From the NCBI GenBank assembly GCA_036785375.1, contig JAWMAR010000328.1, positions 558,001-622,000 of the forward strand: a DNA stretch of 64,000 nt, written 5' to 3'. How positions within the stretch are numbered: the first letter of the stretch is position 1; every line of letters begins with the position of its first letter. The position numbers and the translations under genes were made by a program. This DNA comes from Leucoraja ocellata (taxonomy: Eukaryota). This document shows positions 12,530 to 26,235 of this stretch, piece by piece. The notes under the pieces were generated by a model that had not been told where the DNA came from, ran no database searches, and was given only the letters and a program-made list of their open reading frames with translations.

Positions 12530-12885
12530 CATAAGTGATTGGAGCAGAATTAGGCCATTCGGCCCATCAAGTCTACTCTGCCATCCAATCAGGGCTGATC
12601 TCGCGCTCTTAACCCTATTCCCCTGCCTTCTCCCTATAACCCCTGACACCCGTACTAATCAAGAATTTATTTATCTCTTAAAAATGTATCTCTTAAAAAT
12701 ATCCATTGACTTGACCTCCACAGCCTTCTGTGGCAAAGAATTCCACAGTTTCACTCACCACTCTCTGACTACTGAAATTCCTCCTCATCTCCTTCCTAAA
12801 GGAACGTCCTTTAATTCTGAGGCTATGACCTCTAGTCCTAGAGGCTCCCACGAGTGGAACCATCCTCTCCACATCCACTCTCTAT
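12530..12885 (-). mobile_element. CR1-clade LINE 3' fragment
   Basis: DVERMVPLVGASRTRGHSLRIKGRSFRKEMRRNF; near-identical family to 59910-60660. Confidence 0.8.
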
Positions 12886-13179
12886 ATAAGCCTTTCACTT
12901 GGTATTCTCATATATGGTATTCTCATATATACCAAGCAATCGCATATCATTTATTGTGTGTTTTGTTTATTATTATATGTATGGCTGCAGGCAACGACAA
13001 ATAAAGGATCTAATCTAATCTAATAAAGGATCTAATCATAAGGAAATGCTGAAACACCACTTAATGAATGTTTTTAACCACCATTTTGCCTCAATATTTA
13101 TTTGTGCTATATAATGAGAAATGGGTCGCAATTACAAAGTCTTAATATGTTGAACAGAAGTTATTTTTGGTACTTTCAG

Positions 13180-13388
13180 TTTGACCTTGCATTTGTGGAG
13201 GTTTACCGAGTGAAGAGATTCAAATTTGTACCAAAATATTCTGATGAGGAGGATGGTGATATCCAGGAAGTTAGCAAAAATCTTTTTGGACAATTCTGTA
13301 GAGACCATCCCACCTGTAGCTCTGTGCAGCTCGCCAGCAGTTGGAATTGCGATGGAGAGATAATTGAGCATGCGGCCATTGAAGTGAG
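13180..13388 (+). CDS. CERK: Ceramide kinase coding exon (about exon 12)
   Basis: tttcAG acceptor, GTATGC donor; 209 bp; FDLAFVEVYRVKRF...SSWNCDGEIIEHAAIEVR. Confidence 0.96.
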
Positions 13389-13821
13389 GTATGCTGTTTT
13401 TTTTTTACCTATTACATTGTCCAAATCAACCAAACAATGGGTGGTTGTCTTCATTAGAAATTAATCTATTTGGCACTCTACACTAATGTGTCATGCTCTG
13501 ACTTAAATCAATGTGGTGAATATTTCTGGTCTTCATAAATGTCGGAAGAGGCGATTTAAACTTTTGGTGTTTAAAATTATTGTTTTATTTGTGTGCCTAA
13601 ATTATCAGTGTGAGCTGGAAATAAACTGAAATGAGTACATGACTTTTTGCGATGAGGTTTCACATCTAAGCATAAGGAGTGAATGCAATTTGCATACCAT
13701 ATGACGTCGATTGGAAAGAGCTATGTCTTTGTAAAAAAAAATAGGTGCAGGAGTAGGCCGTTCAGCCCTTCGAGCCAGCACCGCCATTCAATATGACCAT
13801 GGCTGATCATCTAAAATCAGT

Positions 13822-14070
13822 ATTTAAGAAGGAACTGCAGATGCTGGAAAATCGAAGGTACACAAAAATGCTGGAGAAACTCAGCGGGTGCAGCAGCATC
13901 TATGGAGCGAAGGAAATAGGCAACGTTTCGGGCCGAAACCCTTCTTCAGACTGATGGGGGGTGGCAGGGAGAAGAAAGGAAAAAGGAGGAGGAGGAGGAG
14001 CCCGAGGGCTGAGGAAGGGAAGGAGAGAGCAAGGGCTAACAAAAATTGGGAGAATTCAATGTTCATGCCC
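13822..14070 (-). mobile_element. Penelope-derived 3' end/pLTR fragment with hammerhead-like core (13922-13949)
   Basis: Minus strand GMNIEFSQF (PLE endonuclease C-terminus), then CTGAAGA-AGGGTTTCGGCCC-GAAACGTT and the ...CCAGCATCTGCAGTTCCTTCTT tail. Confidence 0.75.
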
Positions 14071-14533
14071 ATGTCATCCTAATAGGATGCTTTTCAAGCT
14101 GCATCTGTAGTAATTGGTAAGAGTTACTCTGACATTCTAATATCCTTCCTCATTGTTGCAAATGATGCAACGTAGGAAAAATGGGTGTTAACTGTAAGGG
14201 ATAAGGATACCCCCAGATGAACACTGCAATGGCAAGTAATATTGGAATTCAAAGCCAGTTTGTGAAATTAAAAGACATGCACTCAATTTATTTACCTTGC
14301 CCTATGCTGAACGTCATTGAATTGATCTTTAAATCCAAATCCTTCCCCAAGGCCACATTGGTCTCAAACAATGCACAGCAACCCCTACCAACAACAATTA
14401 CTATAAATCATTATTCATATCTAATATACATGTGTCCCATGATATTGTCACATATTTAATTTAGCTGTAGGCTCTAGTATTGCATCTGCCAGCTTGCACA
14501 CATTTGTGCAATATTTAGCCACTTGCATCATTA

Positions 14534-14973
14534 AGGGCCTGTCCCACGAGCATGCGACTCCATGCAGCAAGCGACCTAAAGGGCCTGTCCCACGAGCATG
14601 TGACTCCATGCGGCAAGCGCGACCTAACGTGGTCGCTTGAGCCGTACCGCCTCGTGGGGCCGGTCCCACTTCGATCGCCAGATCCGTATGGAGTTGTGCT
14701 GAGTTGGTCCCGACATCGCGCGGGGCTCCGAAAAAATGATCGTGTTCAAAAATTCCGCGCGGCAACGGCCTGCCGGCCCGCAGCCGCCTCGACGCCATAC
14801 GTCACGCGCGAACTTCCCGCGGACTTCACTCGAACTTCATGTCACACACTCGACCTCCGCACCGCCCCCACTTCTGGTTTGGTCGTGCTTGCTGCATGCA
14901 GTCGCATGCTCATGGGACAGGCCCTATAGGTCGCGCTTGCCGCATGGAGTCACATGCTCGTGGGACAGGCCCT
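14534..14973. mobile_element. PIF/Harbinger-like MITE with duplicated terminal inverted repeats
   Basis: TIR AGGGCCTGTCCCACGAGCATG...; TTA at 14531-14533 and 14974-14976; second TIR pair starting at 14580 and ending at 14925. Confidence 0.75.
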
Positions 14974-15809
14974 TTAAGCAATACTCGAGATCAAGCATCC
15001 CTCTCAAGGGAAAGAAGACACAGAATTGGAGAAGGCACATGGGCTCAGTTTGGCAACTCCAGCCACCTAGGCATCATTGTATGGGAGCTGTTCAACACTT
15101 GGAGACAGGGCTCCAAGGAAATGCACATGGACAATTAGTTTACTTTTTTATGTAATACGGCATGCATTGAAATATGGACCTAGTTCTGCCAGATCTGGCT
15201 CGTTGCTTCATTTCCTGCACTTTCTAGCAGACCTTCTGCACCCAGCAGTTGGGCAGCACCAGGTTGTCCAAAGGTGGCACATTGTTGAGGTTCATCCCCA
15301 GAAATCCTAACAAGATCAACACTTCTGATTTAGTAGTTCTGATATTCAGTGGTATTTTTTTTTTAAAGTTAAAATTGCTGTAAATAACATTATTTTAATT
15401 GTTAAAATTAACCTTCTTCGGGTAATTTTAGGATGAAATTAAAATCCCTACTGTCCAAGATCCACATGATCACAAGATTGTTTAGCATGCTACAGACCCC
15501 TACAAGTCCTGACACACAATTTATTCAATCCTTCAATGTATTGCAATAAGTGGACTGTTTCAGCAAAATAAACTCTGTCCTATTTTGTGAGGCCAGCCCC
15601 TTGGTGCATATATACAAACACCCACACATTGGATTCTCGAGTCATAAAACTACCTATTGTTCCCTAATTTTAGGCAATTTATTTTGTGGCTCAAATATAT
15701 TGCGATAAAATGAGGGATCATTAATAATGCTGAACTACTGTGCAAGATGTGTTGGGGAATCCTATTGTCTAGAACATCTAAGGATGTACAGGAAAGAACT
15801 GTAGATCAA

Positions 15810-16445
15810 GAAAGTCGAGAGTGTTTTATTGTCATATCCCGGATGAAATTCTTACTTGCTGCAGCACAACAGAATATGTGAATATGTAAACATAGTACAT
15901 AACGGGGGAAGAGAAAAAAAGAAAAAGTTCAATAAATAACAAATATTGTGCAATAATAATGGTCTTTGCAGTTCAGAGCTCAGAGCTTATTCGTTGTTGT
16001 GTTTAATAGCCTGATGGCTGTAGGGAAGAAGCTGTTCCTGAACCTGGACGTTACAGATTTCAGGCTTCTGTACCTTCTTTCTAATGGCAGTGGTGAAATG
16101 TGGCCAGGATGGTGTGGGTCTTTGATGATTTTGGCTGCCTTTTTGAGGCAGTGACTACGATAGATCCCTTCATTGGTGAGGACGTCAAAGCTGGTGATGG
16201 ACTGGGCAGTGGTCACAACTTTTTGTAGCCTTTTTCGTTCCTGGATGTTCAAGTTGCTGAACCAGGCCACAATGCAACCAGTCATAATGCTCTCTACCTG
16301 TAGAAGTTTAGGAGAATCATCTTTGACATGCCGAATCTCCATAATCTTCTCAGGAAGTAGTCGCTGATGTTCTTTATTATTGCATCGGTGTGCTGGGTTC
16401 AGGAAAGATCATCAGAAATATGCATGCCCAGGAATTTGAAGTTAT
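15810..16445 (-). mobile_element. Rex1/Babar-type LINE 3' fragment
   Basis: VESIMTGCIVAWF...KRLQKVV..AQSI...KIIKDPHHPGH...RFRNSFFPTAIRLLN. Confidence 0.8.
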
Positions 16446-17616
16446 TGACCCAGTTATTGATGCTGGTTTAAATGGAAGATAGACACAAAAACATGGAGTA
16501 ACTCAGCGGGTCAGACAGTATCTCCGGAGAAAAGGAATAGGTGACACTTTGGGTTGAGACCTTTCTTCAGAGATGCTGTCCGACCCGTTGAGTTAACTAG
16601 CTTTTTTGTGCCTATGTATTCAATAACACCTTGTACTATAATAAGGCCATGGTCCTTGCAAAACGGAGTGTTTGCTGCATCTGCTCACTCATAAGAAGAA
16701 ATTAAATGTGATCATTTATCTTGAAATAAAGAACAGCAACAATGTGCAGTCCAGCACAATGAAGATATACTGGTTTTTCCAGCTCCCCCTTGGAAACCAA
16801 TGTATTAATAGTTTCTTGGAACGTGACAGCCATTGACTATCACCCCACCCTCTGTGAAATTGTAGTTGTGTCTGGAGCAGTTGTACATTTCAGTGAGGAC
16901 ATGCTTGCTGTAGGAAATGTAGGAAACATACCTTGTTCTTTGTTGATCTACAGGTAGGAATGGTGCTCTGTGATCAGGCTGGCCGGAAGTGCCATTCTCA
17001 CCCTGTCCCCCTCTCTTTCCCATCTCTTTAATTTCTCACTCTCCAAAATCATGCTGTGCCTGAAGGGCAGCCACACACTGAAATGCCCATGCGTAGGGAT
17101 ATCTTAATAGGGCAAAAGCCATGAGGTCAGTACAGTATCTTTCAGTACCTGTCACATCTTATCTACAGATACCTGCAGCTTGAAACAAGCCTGGAAATCA
17201 CCAATATAGTAACAGATAACAGATAGTAGAAATCAAGCCACAACAACGACACAGATAGTTGACGACCCCTTCCTGTTGCTGAACATTTATTTAACTGAGT
17301 TTGACAGTGTTTATGCTGACATAGATCTGTTTTGCACACTGAAACTGCAATCTGCCTCCTCTGTCAACTTTGAACATTGCCTGCTGACAGTATGACACTC
17401 ATGTGTAATGAATGAGTTGGTGTTTGCATCAAATACCGTATTGGAACTAATTTGATATCCATGACACTTAAAACAAAAACATGCTTCAGTGCAATGTTTT
17501 GCAGTCAATGATCTTTATCTCACTGTCTTTTTTCCTTTTTGTCATTTTCCTATTCGCCCATTACTTTTGTTGAAAGATAAATAAACACAATCTTACTTAT
17601 TTTATTTTCTTTCTAG

Positions 17617-17701
17617 AGTTCATTGCCAGTTGTTAAGACTTTTTGCAAGAGGAATAGAAATGCTTTCTTCAGAAAACGGCATTGACAATTCAGTTGATTA
17701 A
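17617..17701 (+). CDS. CERK: Ceramide kinase last coding exon with stop codon
   Basis: Long pyrimidine tract + ctAG; (R)VHCQLLRLFARGIEMLSSENGIDNSVD then TAA at 17699-17701. Confidence 0.95.
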
Positions 17702-19130
17702 GCAGATTCCAAGATCTCAGGATTCCAGAAACCATTCCTTTTGAAGATTGAAATCATATGTCTAAGTTGTGAAATTTACTTTTATAACTTGTGATCTCAG
17801 TTTATTTCCAAAATGATTACAGTTATGAGTATTTATTTATTACACACAGTGTAAGTATAAAAAGCAACAAACAAAATTAATGTTATTGTTTCTGGATCTG
17901 CTTTGTGGATTAAATTTCAAATTTAATGTTTCTATTTATTCATGGTATTTGAGATTTAAAGTATTAAGCTCATTGGTGTGTTGCAAGAAGCTGTCCTTTA
18001 GAAATTGGCAGAATGTTTTTTTACAAAGTCCACTTAAACTGTGGAACAGAGTTTCGGAGAGACTCGTTTTTAAGTATCGGCCTCATTTTAAATTGAAGTA
18101 TGTGCAAGCTACTTCAGATGGGTGATAGATTCCACTTATTTTTAAGCATAGATTTCAAATTGCCTTTGTAATTACATTCTTAATTTTAAGATAAAAATCT
18201 AGGTTTTGTTCCAGTTTCTTTTCCTGCACCTTGCAACTTATCAATGCAATCTGATTTGTAATTTCTACGCAATGATAAAAGAAGCTATATTTTGAGAACA
18301 GTTCTTTATTTTAATAAATGTTAATAGAGGAAACTATATAAATAACATTGTTGAATATTTGAGTTTGTACATAACAAATTTAAATATATATTTATTGTAC
18401 ATGATTAAGCTAGATTTTGCTTAGCTTAGTATGTGTTCACTATGTGAATAGTTTGTAGTCAGTCATGTTAATGCACTAATGAACAGAAAGCAGCACTCAC
18501 CCCGTCTTTTGTATTTTACATTCCTCCTGTAAAACTTTTCAAAACTGATGAACACTGCACAGAAAAACCTACTGATGCTGTTGATCTTTGTTTCTTGAAA
18601 TGCTCTTAGATTATTCATTTCAAAATATTTGCCGAGCTATTAATATGTGTTGTGATTATTTAGTTATGTGTATACTTTTTTTTAAATGTGCATAACTAAT
18701 GTAAATAGACAGAATGAATATGATTTGCCATGTCCTTGAAGGATGTGAATTCATTTTTATTCCTTCCCCATCAATACATTTTCTGGTTTGTTGATATTTA
18801 ATATATTTCCTATTCAGGGAAGCTTTCTGTCAGCAGGTGATTTCTTGTTGACCTGCTTAAGATCTAGACCAAATAACTTTGTGAATGTAATCTCTTGTGA
18901 AAATGATCAAAATTAATTTGTTAGTTAGGAATTTGTGAGTGGACAAAATGCATTAATTAAAGTAGTTGAATTAACCAAACAGTGTAATTGATTTGCTTCC
19001 TCCTTTTCCCTCTTGCTTTAATTACATTTCTGGAAAATCTGCTTTCTTGTTTTACACATTGTAGGTGTAATTAGTAGAAATGAAGTGCTTTAATACATCC
19101 TGGTGAAAAAAAATAAATCTCATGCCTTGT
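17702..19130 (+). other. CERK: Probable CERK 3' UTR with candidate poly(A) signals AATAAA at 18313-18318 and 19112-19117
   Basis: AT-rich, repeat-poor sequence after the stop. The signal actually used cannot be determined from sequence. Confidence 0.5.
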
Positions 19131-19379
19131 ATTTTCACTACTCTAATTGTGCTAACCAGTACATGGAATCATTAAAATCTATTGTACAGAAAAGCTGTTT
19201 GGCCCACCATGTCTGTGCCAACTACAATTAGACTTTGGGTTAATCCCACTAACCAGCTCTGCAGATTTATGGAACTTTAAGGCTCTTTAGGAAAAGAAAT
19301 ACAATTGTGCCAGTTGTGACTCTCAAAACCCTGAAAATCTCAGCAAGACATTTTCATTTCTAACAAAAAATGACATGAC

Positions 19380-20260
19380 ATGTACATGACGTTGGTAAGG
19401 CTACATTTTTGGAGTACTGTGCACAGTATGGCCGCCATGCTACAGGTCATTGGGGGTGACCTTTTAGGGGTTTATAAAATCATGAGGGGCTTAAATGAGA
19501 TGAATGGCCACAGTCTTGTCGCCTAGATAGGCAAGTCTAAAACACAAGAGCCTAGGTTTAAAGTGATGGGGAAAGATTTAAAAGGGATCTGAGGGTCAAC
19601 TTTGCACACAGAGCATGATGCGTATATGGAACGAGCAGTCCATGGGAGTGGTTGATAACATAGAACAGTACAGAGCAGGAACTGCACGCAATATTATAAA
19701 TACGGCCTAACCCAAGTCCTATAGAGCAGCATTATGTTTTCCTGTCTCTTGCATTCAATGCACCTGTCAATGAAGGGAAACATACTATACACCTTCTCTA
19801 TCACTCTACATATGTCACCATCTTCAGTCAGCTATGAACTTAATTTCCATGATGCCTGGGTATATTATTGCTCTTAAGGGTCTTGCCATTAACTGTATAC
19901 TTTCCCCTTACACTCAACCTCCCAAAGTGCTAAACCTCACACCTGCTTGAGTTAAATTCCATCTGTCATTTTCTCTGCCCATTTCTGCAGCTGATCTATA
20001 TGGCACTGTCTCCAACTCTTCCAATTATGGTGTTGTCAGTAAACTTACTCACCAACCCATCCACATTTACGTCTAGGTCATTTATATTTCTCTCAAGCAG
20101 CAGAGGTCTCAGCACAGAGCCCTGGAGAACTACACTGGCCACAGATCTCCAGCCAGGATATCTACCTTCCACCACAACCCTTTTCTATGAATAAGCCAGT
20201 TCTGAATCCATACGACCAAGTCATCATGAATCCCATACATTTTAATTTTCTGGATTGGCC
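19380..20260. mobile_element. Two old CR1 fragments (19380-19650 +, 19660-20260 -)
   Basis: Degenerate LVRLHF/EYCAQ and HSL..GKSKT motifs; GVRQGSVLRPLL-like RT motif on the minus strand. Confidence 0.55.
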
Positions 20261-20263
20261 TAC

Positions 20264-21525
20264 CAAGTCAAGTCAAGTTTATTTGTCACATACACATATG
20301 AGATGTGCAGTGAAATGAAAGTGGCAATGCTCGCGGACTTTTGTGCAAAAGACAAACAACCAAACAAATTATAAACACAATCATAACACACATATTCTTT
20401 TACATAATAAATAATGGAAGGAAAAACGTTCAGTAGAGTTAGTCCCTGGTGAGATAGGCGTTTACAGTCCGAATGGCCTCTGGGAAGAAACTCCTTCTCA
20501 ACCTCTCCGTTCTCACCGCATGGCAATGGAGGCGTTTGCCTGACCGTAGCAGCTGGAACAGTCCGCTGCAGGGGTGGAAGGGGTCTCCCATGATTTTATT
20601 TGCTCTGGAGTTGCACCTCCTGTTGTATAGTTCCTGCAGGGGGGCGAGTGAAGTTCCCATAGTGCGTTCGGCCGAACGCAATACTCTCTGCAGAGTCTTT
20701 TTGTCCTTGGCAGAGCAATTCCCAAACCAGATGGTAATATTTCCGGACAAGATGCTTTCCACCGCCGCTGCGTAGAAGCACTGGAGGATCCTCGGAGACA
20801 CTCTGAATTTCCTCAATTGCCTGAGGTGTAAAGGCGCTGCCTTGCCTTACTCACGAGTGCTGAGGCGTGTGATGCCCATGTCATATCCTCGGAGATGTGG
20901 ACTCCCAGATATTTAAAACAGTTCACCCTATCCACAGGATCCCCATTTATCCTCAATGGAGTGTAGGTCCTCGTATGATGTGTCCTCCTAAAATCCATGA
21001 TCAGCTCCTTTGTTTTTTTGATGTTCAAGAGGAGGCTGTTATCCTGGCACCAGAGTGCTAGATCAGCCACCTCCTCCCGGTAGGCCTTCTTGTCATTGTC
21101 TGAGATCAGGCCCACCACCACAGTGTCATCAGCAAACTTAATTATTGAGTTGGAGCTGAACCTAGCCACACAGTCATGTGTGTACAGGGAGTACAATACG
21201 GGGCTGAGGACGCAACCCTGGGGCGATCCTGTGCTCAGGGTGAGGGACCTCCCATCTTGACTACCCGGGGCCTGGCGGTGAGAAAGTCCAGGACCCAGGC
21301 ACACAGGGAGGTGTTGAGCCCCAATTCCATTAGCTTCCCGGCCAGTCTGGTATGGACTATCGTGTTGAAGGCTGAACTGTAGTCTATGAACAGCATCCTC
21401 ACGTAGCCCCCCTTCTGGCTGTCCAGATGGGTGAGAGCGGTGTGCAAGACCTGGGAGACCGCATCGTCCGTGGATCTGTTCGGACAGTATGCGAACTGCA
21501 ACGGGTCCATGTTCCGAGGGAGGAA
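20264..21525 (-). mobile_element. Young 5'-truncated Rex1/Babar LINE
   Basis: [15 protein letters not shown]...[13 protein letters not shown]...TGSPQGCVLSP...KFADDT...FKYLGVHI...RRSFFPEAIR; (CTTGA)n tail; nearly identical to 37593-38967. Confidence 0.92.
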
Positions 21526-22819
21526 CATAAAGGATCTTATCAGAACTCTTACTTAGTGTGGCTGTATGGTAACTCAAATTTCACTGTGCCTTAACTGATA
21601 CATGTGACAATAAACTGACCTTGAACCCTTAAGGCAAATGGGCAAAGTGTGTGAAGGAAGGTTGGTCAAGTGGGAAAATGGGAGGAAGACGATGTTAGAG
21701 GTAATATCATGAAAACAATACTGTACCTTCACTCCATGATGAAAACCAGACTAAGTGTGACAGATAAAGAGAGAATGTGGAAGTGGAATCTAGAAATGGA
21801 ACAAAATTTCAGAATGTGAAATCTTCAATTTAAAATGAAGACGGAGAAGAATTTTGTATCTCCCATGAATCTTTGGAATATTTTTCACAAGGAATCTAGA
21901 GGCTGAGTCGTTGAAGACATTCAAAAATCTATCCAAGGCTAGATTTTTTGGATCATGGGTAAAATCAAGTGCGAAAAAGGGTCAGGCAGGGAAACTGAGT
22001 TGAAACCGAAGTTCGATCCACCATGAGAGTATTGAACAGGGAGAAAGCATTTGAAGGGCAATCTGCTCTGCTTTTGATCTTAATCCTTATCATAAATTCC
22101 CTTTCTGTGCTAATATGTTGCACAATACTCTCATGAGATTTCATTTCATGGAACAGCCTTTTAACTGGTATCTTATCAAATGCCTTTGAAAATTGGTATC
22201 TACAACATTCCCCTTATCAGCATTTTGCAGATAACTGGCCAGTAGTTTATTATTTTTCCAGTTCCTTTTACGGATAGCCTTGTTACATGTTTCAACTGCA
22301 TTTAAGCAACATTTATTGTGTTCTCTGTGGAGAAGATAGACACAAATATCTCCCTGTGTCTGAGCCATTTTATTTCCCATTGCCATTTCATCCTTCATTT
22401 TCTCTATTGAACCAGTATTAATTTTTTCTACTCACTTTGTACAATTTCTGCCTTGTTTTTGCAGATCGGACAGAAAGAGCCGACATTTCAGGTCGGGGAC
22501 CCTTCCTCAGAACTGGAAAAGTAAAAAGTCAAGTGTGTTTTCAGTTTCAGAGCAAGTGATGGGATGGCAAGAATAAAGGGAATGTCATGTTGCAGTCCAG
22601 TCCAAGTAACCAATTATTTCCAAAAAGCACCAATTGGAGACAGAAAAGAAAAATGGACGAATTGAAACAGAATTGATTAGCCATATTTGTGGAGTAACAG
22701 AGATTTAAAAAAGGACTAACCCTTGTATTCCAAACCCTTGTTTTCTATGTTCTCGCACCCCCCCCCCTTCCCTTCTGTGACTGAACTTGTTTATTGTGTC
22801 AGTCTTCCCGTTTTGATGC

Positions 22820-23095
22820 TGGTAGAGCAGCTGCCTCACAGCGCCAGAGACCCGGATTATATACTGACCTGGGTTGCTGTCTGTGTGGAGTTTACATGTT
22901 CTCCCTTTGGCCACATGGGTATCCTCCTGATGCTCCAGTTTCCTCCCACATCCCAATGATCTCATGGGTTGTAGTTTAATTGGCCTATTTACATTTGTCT
23001 GTAGTGTCTAAAGAGTGGATGCAAAAGTATGATAACAGGTTATTGATGTTAGGTGTGGACTTGGAGCATCAAATGGCCTGTTTCCATGCTGTCTC
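22820..23095 (+). mobile_element. HE1/V-SINE-type SINE (diverged)
   Basis: GGTAGAGCAGCTGCCTCACAGCGCCAGAGACCCGG tRNA-like head, GTCTGTGTGGAGTTT-ACATGTTCTCCC body, CR1-like tail. Confidence 0.75.
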
Positions 23096-23109
23096 AATCA
23101 ATCCAATCA

Positions 23110-24200
23110 AAAAGTCCATGCTGACCAAGATGCCCCATATACACTAATCCCACCTGCCCATGTTTGGGCCCCTATCCCTCTAAACCTTTCTTATCCACAT
23201 ACAAGACCAAATGTATTTTAAAAGTCATTATAGTACCTGCCACAACTACTTCTTCTGGCAGCTCATTCCATATATCTACTGCCCTCTGTGTGGAAAATGT
23301 TGCCACTCAGGTTCCTGTTGCCTTTATCATGTCCTCGGGTTCTTGATTCCCCTACTCTTGGTAAAAGACTCTGTGCATTCACCCTGTCTAATCCCCTCAA
23401 GATCTTATGTATCTCCATTACATCACTCCTCAGACTCCTGCACTTCAAGGAATAAAGTGCTAGCTTGCCCAGCCTCTTCCTATTGCTCAGGTCCTCGAGG
23501 CCTGGCAACATCGTCATAAATCTTATGTGCACTCCTTCCAGCTTAATAACATCCTATAGCAGGGTGACCAAAATTTAACGTGATACTTGTAATGTGACAT
23601 CACCAATGTGTTTGTACAACTGTAATGCTCAGTATCAGACTGATGAAGGCCAATGTATCAAAAGCCTTTTTGACCATGCTATCTACCCGCGATACCACTT
23701 TTAGGGAATGATGTACCTGTACACCTAGAACCTTCTGCTGTACTGCACTCCCCAGGCCCTAACATTAACTGTGTTGGTCCTGCCGTGAACTGACCTCACA
23801 AAATATGATATCTCACACTTATCTGCATTAAACTCCCATTCGCCATCCCTCAGTTCACCTGTCCAGCTGACCAAGATCCTGCTGTCATTTTTGATAACCA
23901 CCTCCACTATCTATGATACCACCCACTTTCCAAGCTTACTTATCATGCCTTGTACGTTCTCATCTAAAGTATAAACTGCAATCAGCAATGGGCCCAGCAC
24001 CAATGTGAGGGACCCTATTGATCACAGGCCAAGAAACAACATAGCTTTATAATATAGTTATAAAACTCCATCACTCTCTGTTTCCCTACATGATGCCAAT
24101 TCTCTATGCACATGGCTTGCTCTTCTTGGATCCAACCTTCCAGCACAGCCTACCTTATCAAAAGCTTTGCTGAAGACCATAGGGACAACATTTACAAATA
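23110..24200 (-). mobile_element. Old CR1 LINE fragment
   Basis: RFMTMLPGLEDLS..KRLGKLALYSL...GESRTRGH; WEFNADKCE motif. Confidence 0.75.
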
Positions 24201-26235
24201 AAAACGTTAGCCACCAGTTAAGGTTTCCTTAAACACATTCCCAGGCTTGCCAGTCATCCTGACCATTGTAAGCACCTTGTTTTAATCATAATACTGGCCT
24301 AGAGCATTTTGGTTATAAGGAGATTGAAGGTTTTATCCTCTCCTTTTACGGTTTGTTTTCCCTGGAGCAGAGAGGTTGAGGGGTGACTTGACAAAAGTCT
24401 ATAAAACTGAGAGGGATAAATAGAATAGATAATAAAAAGTTTTTCTCATGGCGGGAGTGTCTTTTCACAAAAGGACATAGATTTAAGTTGAGAGGTAGGG
24501 AATTTAGAGGCGATCTAACGAGAAGTTTTTGTTTTCTACAGTGTGGTTGGAGTCCAGATTGTGCTGCCTGAAGACGTGGTGGAGGCTGATACTCTCACAA
24601 CAGTTACGAAGCATGACGAGTATTTGAATTAACAAGTAATGGAATAGTATGGGCCCAATGTAGGTAAATGGGATTGGTGAAACAGCCAGCGTGGATGTGG
24701 TGGGCCTGTTTCTGTGTTGTACTATTATATGAATCTAACTACGCAGAGCACATTTTACAAGATTACACGCATGGAAATTGATTATTTCCAAAGTGAAATG
24801 TAATTGCATTGATTTTCAGATGGAATCTTGCCATTTAAAGTCCAGCTGGCACTCTGGTCATCATTTGCGCTGCACAGTGTGTGTACTTTAGTCGTAGCTG
24901 CACTCAGCCCAGAGCAAGTTCCGAGGCATCCATGTCACTGACAAGCTAACTTGGTCCCTGCGCACTAATGTACTGGTCAAGAAAATGTATCCAGATGTAA
25001 GAACAGCTTCTTCCCCACTATTATCTGACTTCTGAACAATCAACCCTCCCATACCCCTCTCCCTGAGGTATTACCCTGTACTCTTATTCTTAACTCCAAC
25101 TCATTCTGCAAATCCATGATTGGGCCAATATGTTTCATTCTACTTTTAGATTGCACTACTATCTTGCAGTATTTTATCGTTTTATACTTGGCATTGTATG
25201 GACTGTTGTATTTATCATTACTGTATGAATACTGTTTACTCAGTGAGCTTCATGTGAACAGTGGATGTCATTGCACCCCGGTGTATATGACATGCTACTC
25301 TGGATCTCCTGGTTCTGTTACAAATCATGCTGATGTTAAGGCAGAAACTCCTTTACACACATGCAGAGAGCACACACCAAGAATGCACAAAGCAGCCATA
25401 TCAGGATGAATGCTATGCGGTGTGACATAGGGGTTTGACCGTAGGACAACATAGCTGTACTATGATGGTCATCCCTTCATAGCTTGCCACCTTTGAGTAC
25501 TTGTTAACAGCAAAAAGGACTCATTAACACTACGGTATTTAGGGGTCACCAGCCACTTGCACGTTAATTGCCAATTGATTTCTTCTGCCCATTATCCTAC
25601 AGGTGTTCCATCGCAGAGCAGTTCCCAGTTACAGAAATGTCCACAGAGCATTTTGTCAGACGCTGCTAGCTTTTGTCCTCAAGTTGTGGTTTGTGCACAA
25701 ACTGGTTCTCGTCAGGCTTAGAGGCATTAGGTGGCATTGCCCTTGGGAGCATGACTGGGGCAATAAAAGACAACATTCAGTGTAAATTAAGCTGCTGAAG
25801 ATTGAGTGGAGGGAAGAAGACTTGTTAGCTCAGGGTGTTCAGGGACCAGTCCCTTAACCTGAGCAAGAAACATAGTGTTGAATGACTATACTTTAATGAG
25901 CACAACCTCACTAAAACGTGGCACCTGTATCCTTCAGCAGGGCAAGAGCCGATTTGGCAGTGGCTGTGGTTATCAAAATCCATGTGGCATTGAACATATA
26001 GCTCCCTCCCTCCAGAGACTGAAGATGTCTACAGCACCTCCCATTCTGAGTAAGGAATGTTCCTGAAGCTCTACTATCTCAAGACCATTATTTAGAGACA
26101 GAACTCAGTTATAGTTGTATACAATATATCATAGGACAGAACTATGCACATCACTTTGTGATGTCACATGGTAATATTGATATGTATTAGACTGAAAGTG
26201 ATCTCATCCCTTGAACACACACTAACTCTTTTCTC

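Noticed and set aside
12900-13037. Short tandem duplications (TGGTATTCTCATATA x2; ATAAAGGATCTAATC x2)
   Set aside because: Ordinary slippage or repeat-tail duplications with no evidence of function.
14534-14626. Direct repeats resembling a CRISPR array
   Set aside because: Eukaryotic context, no spacers or cas genes; these are duplicated MITE TIRs.
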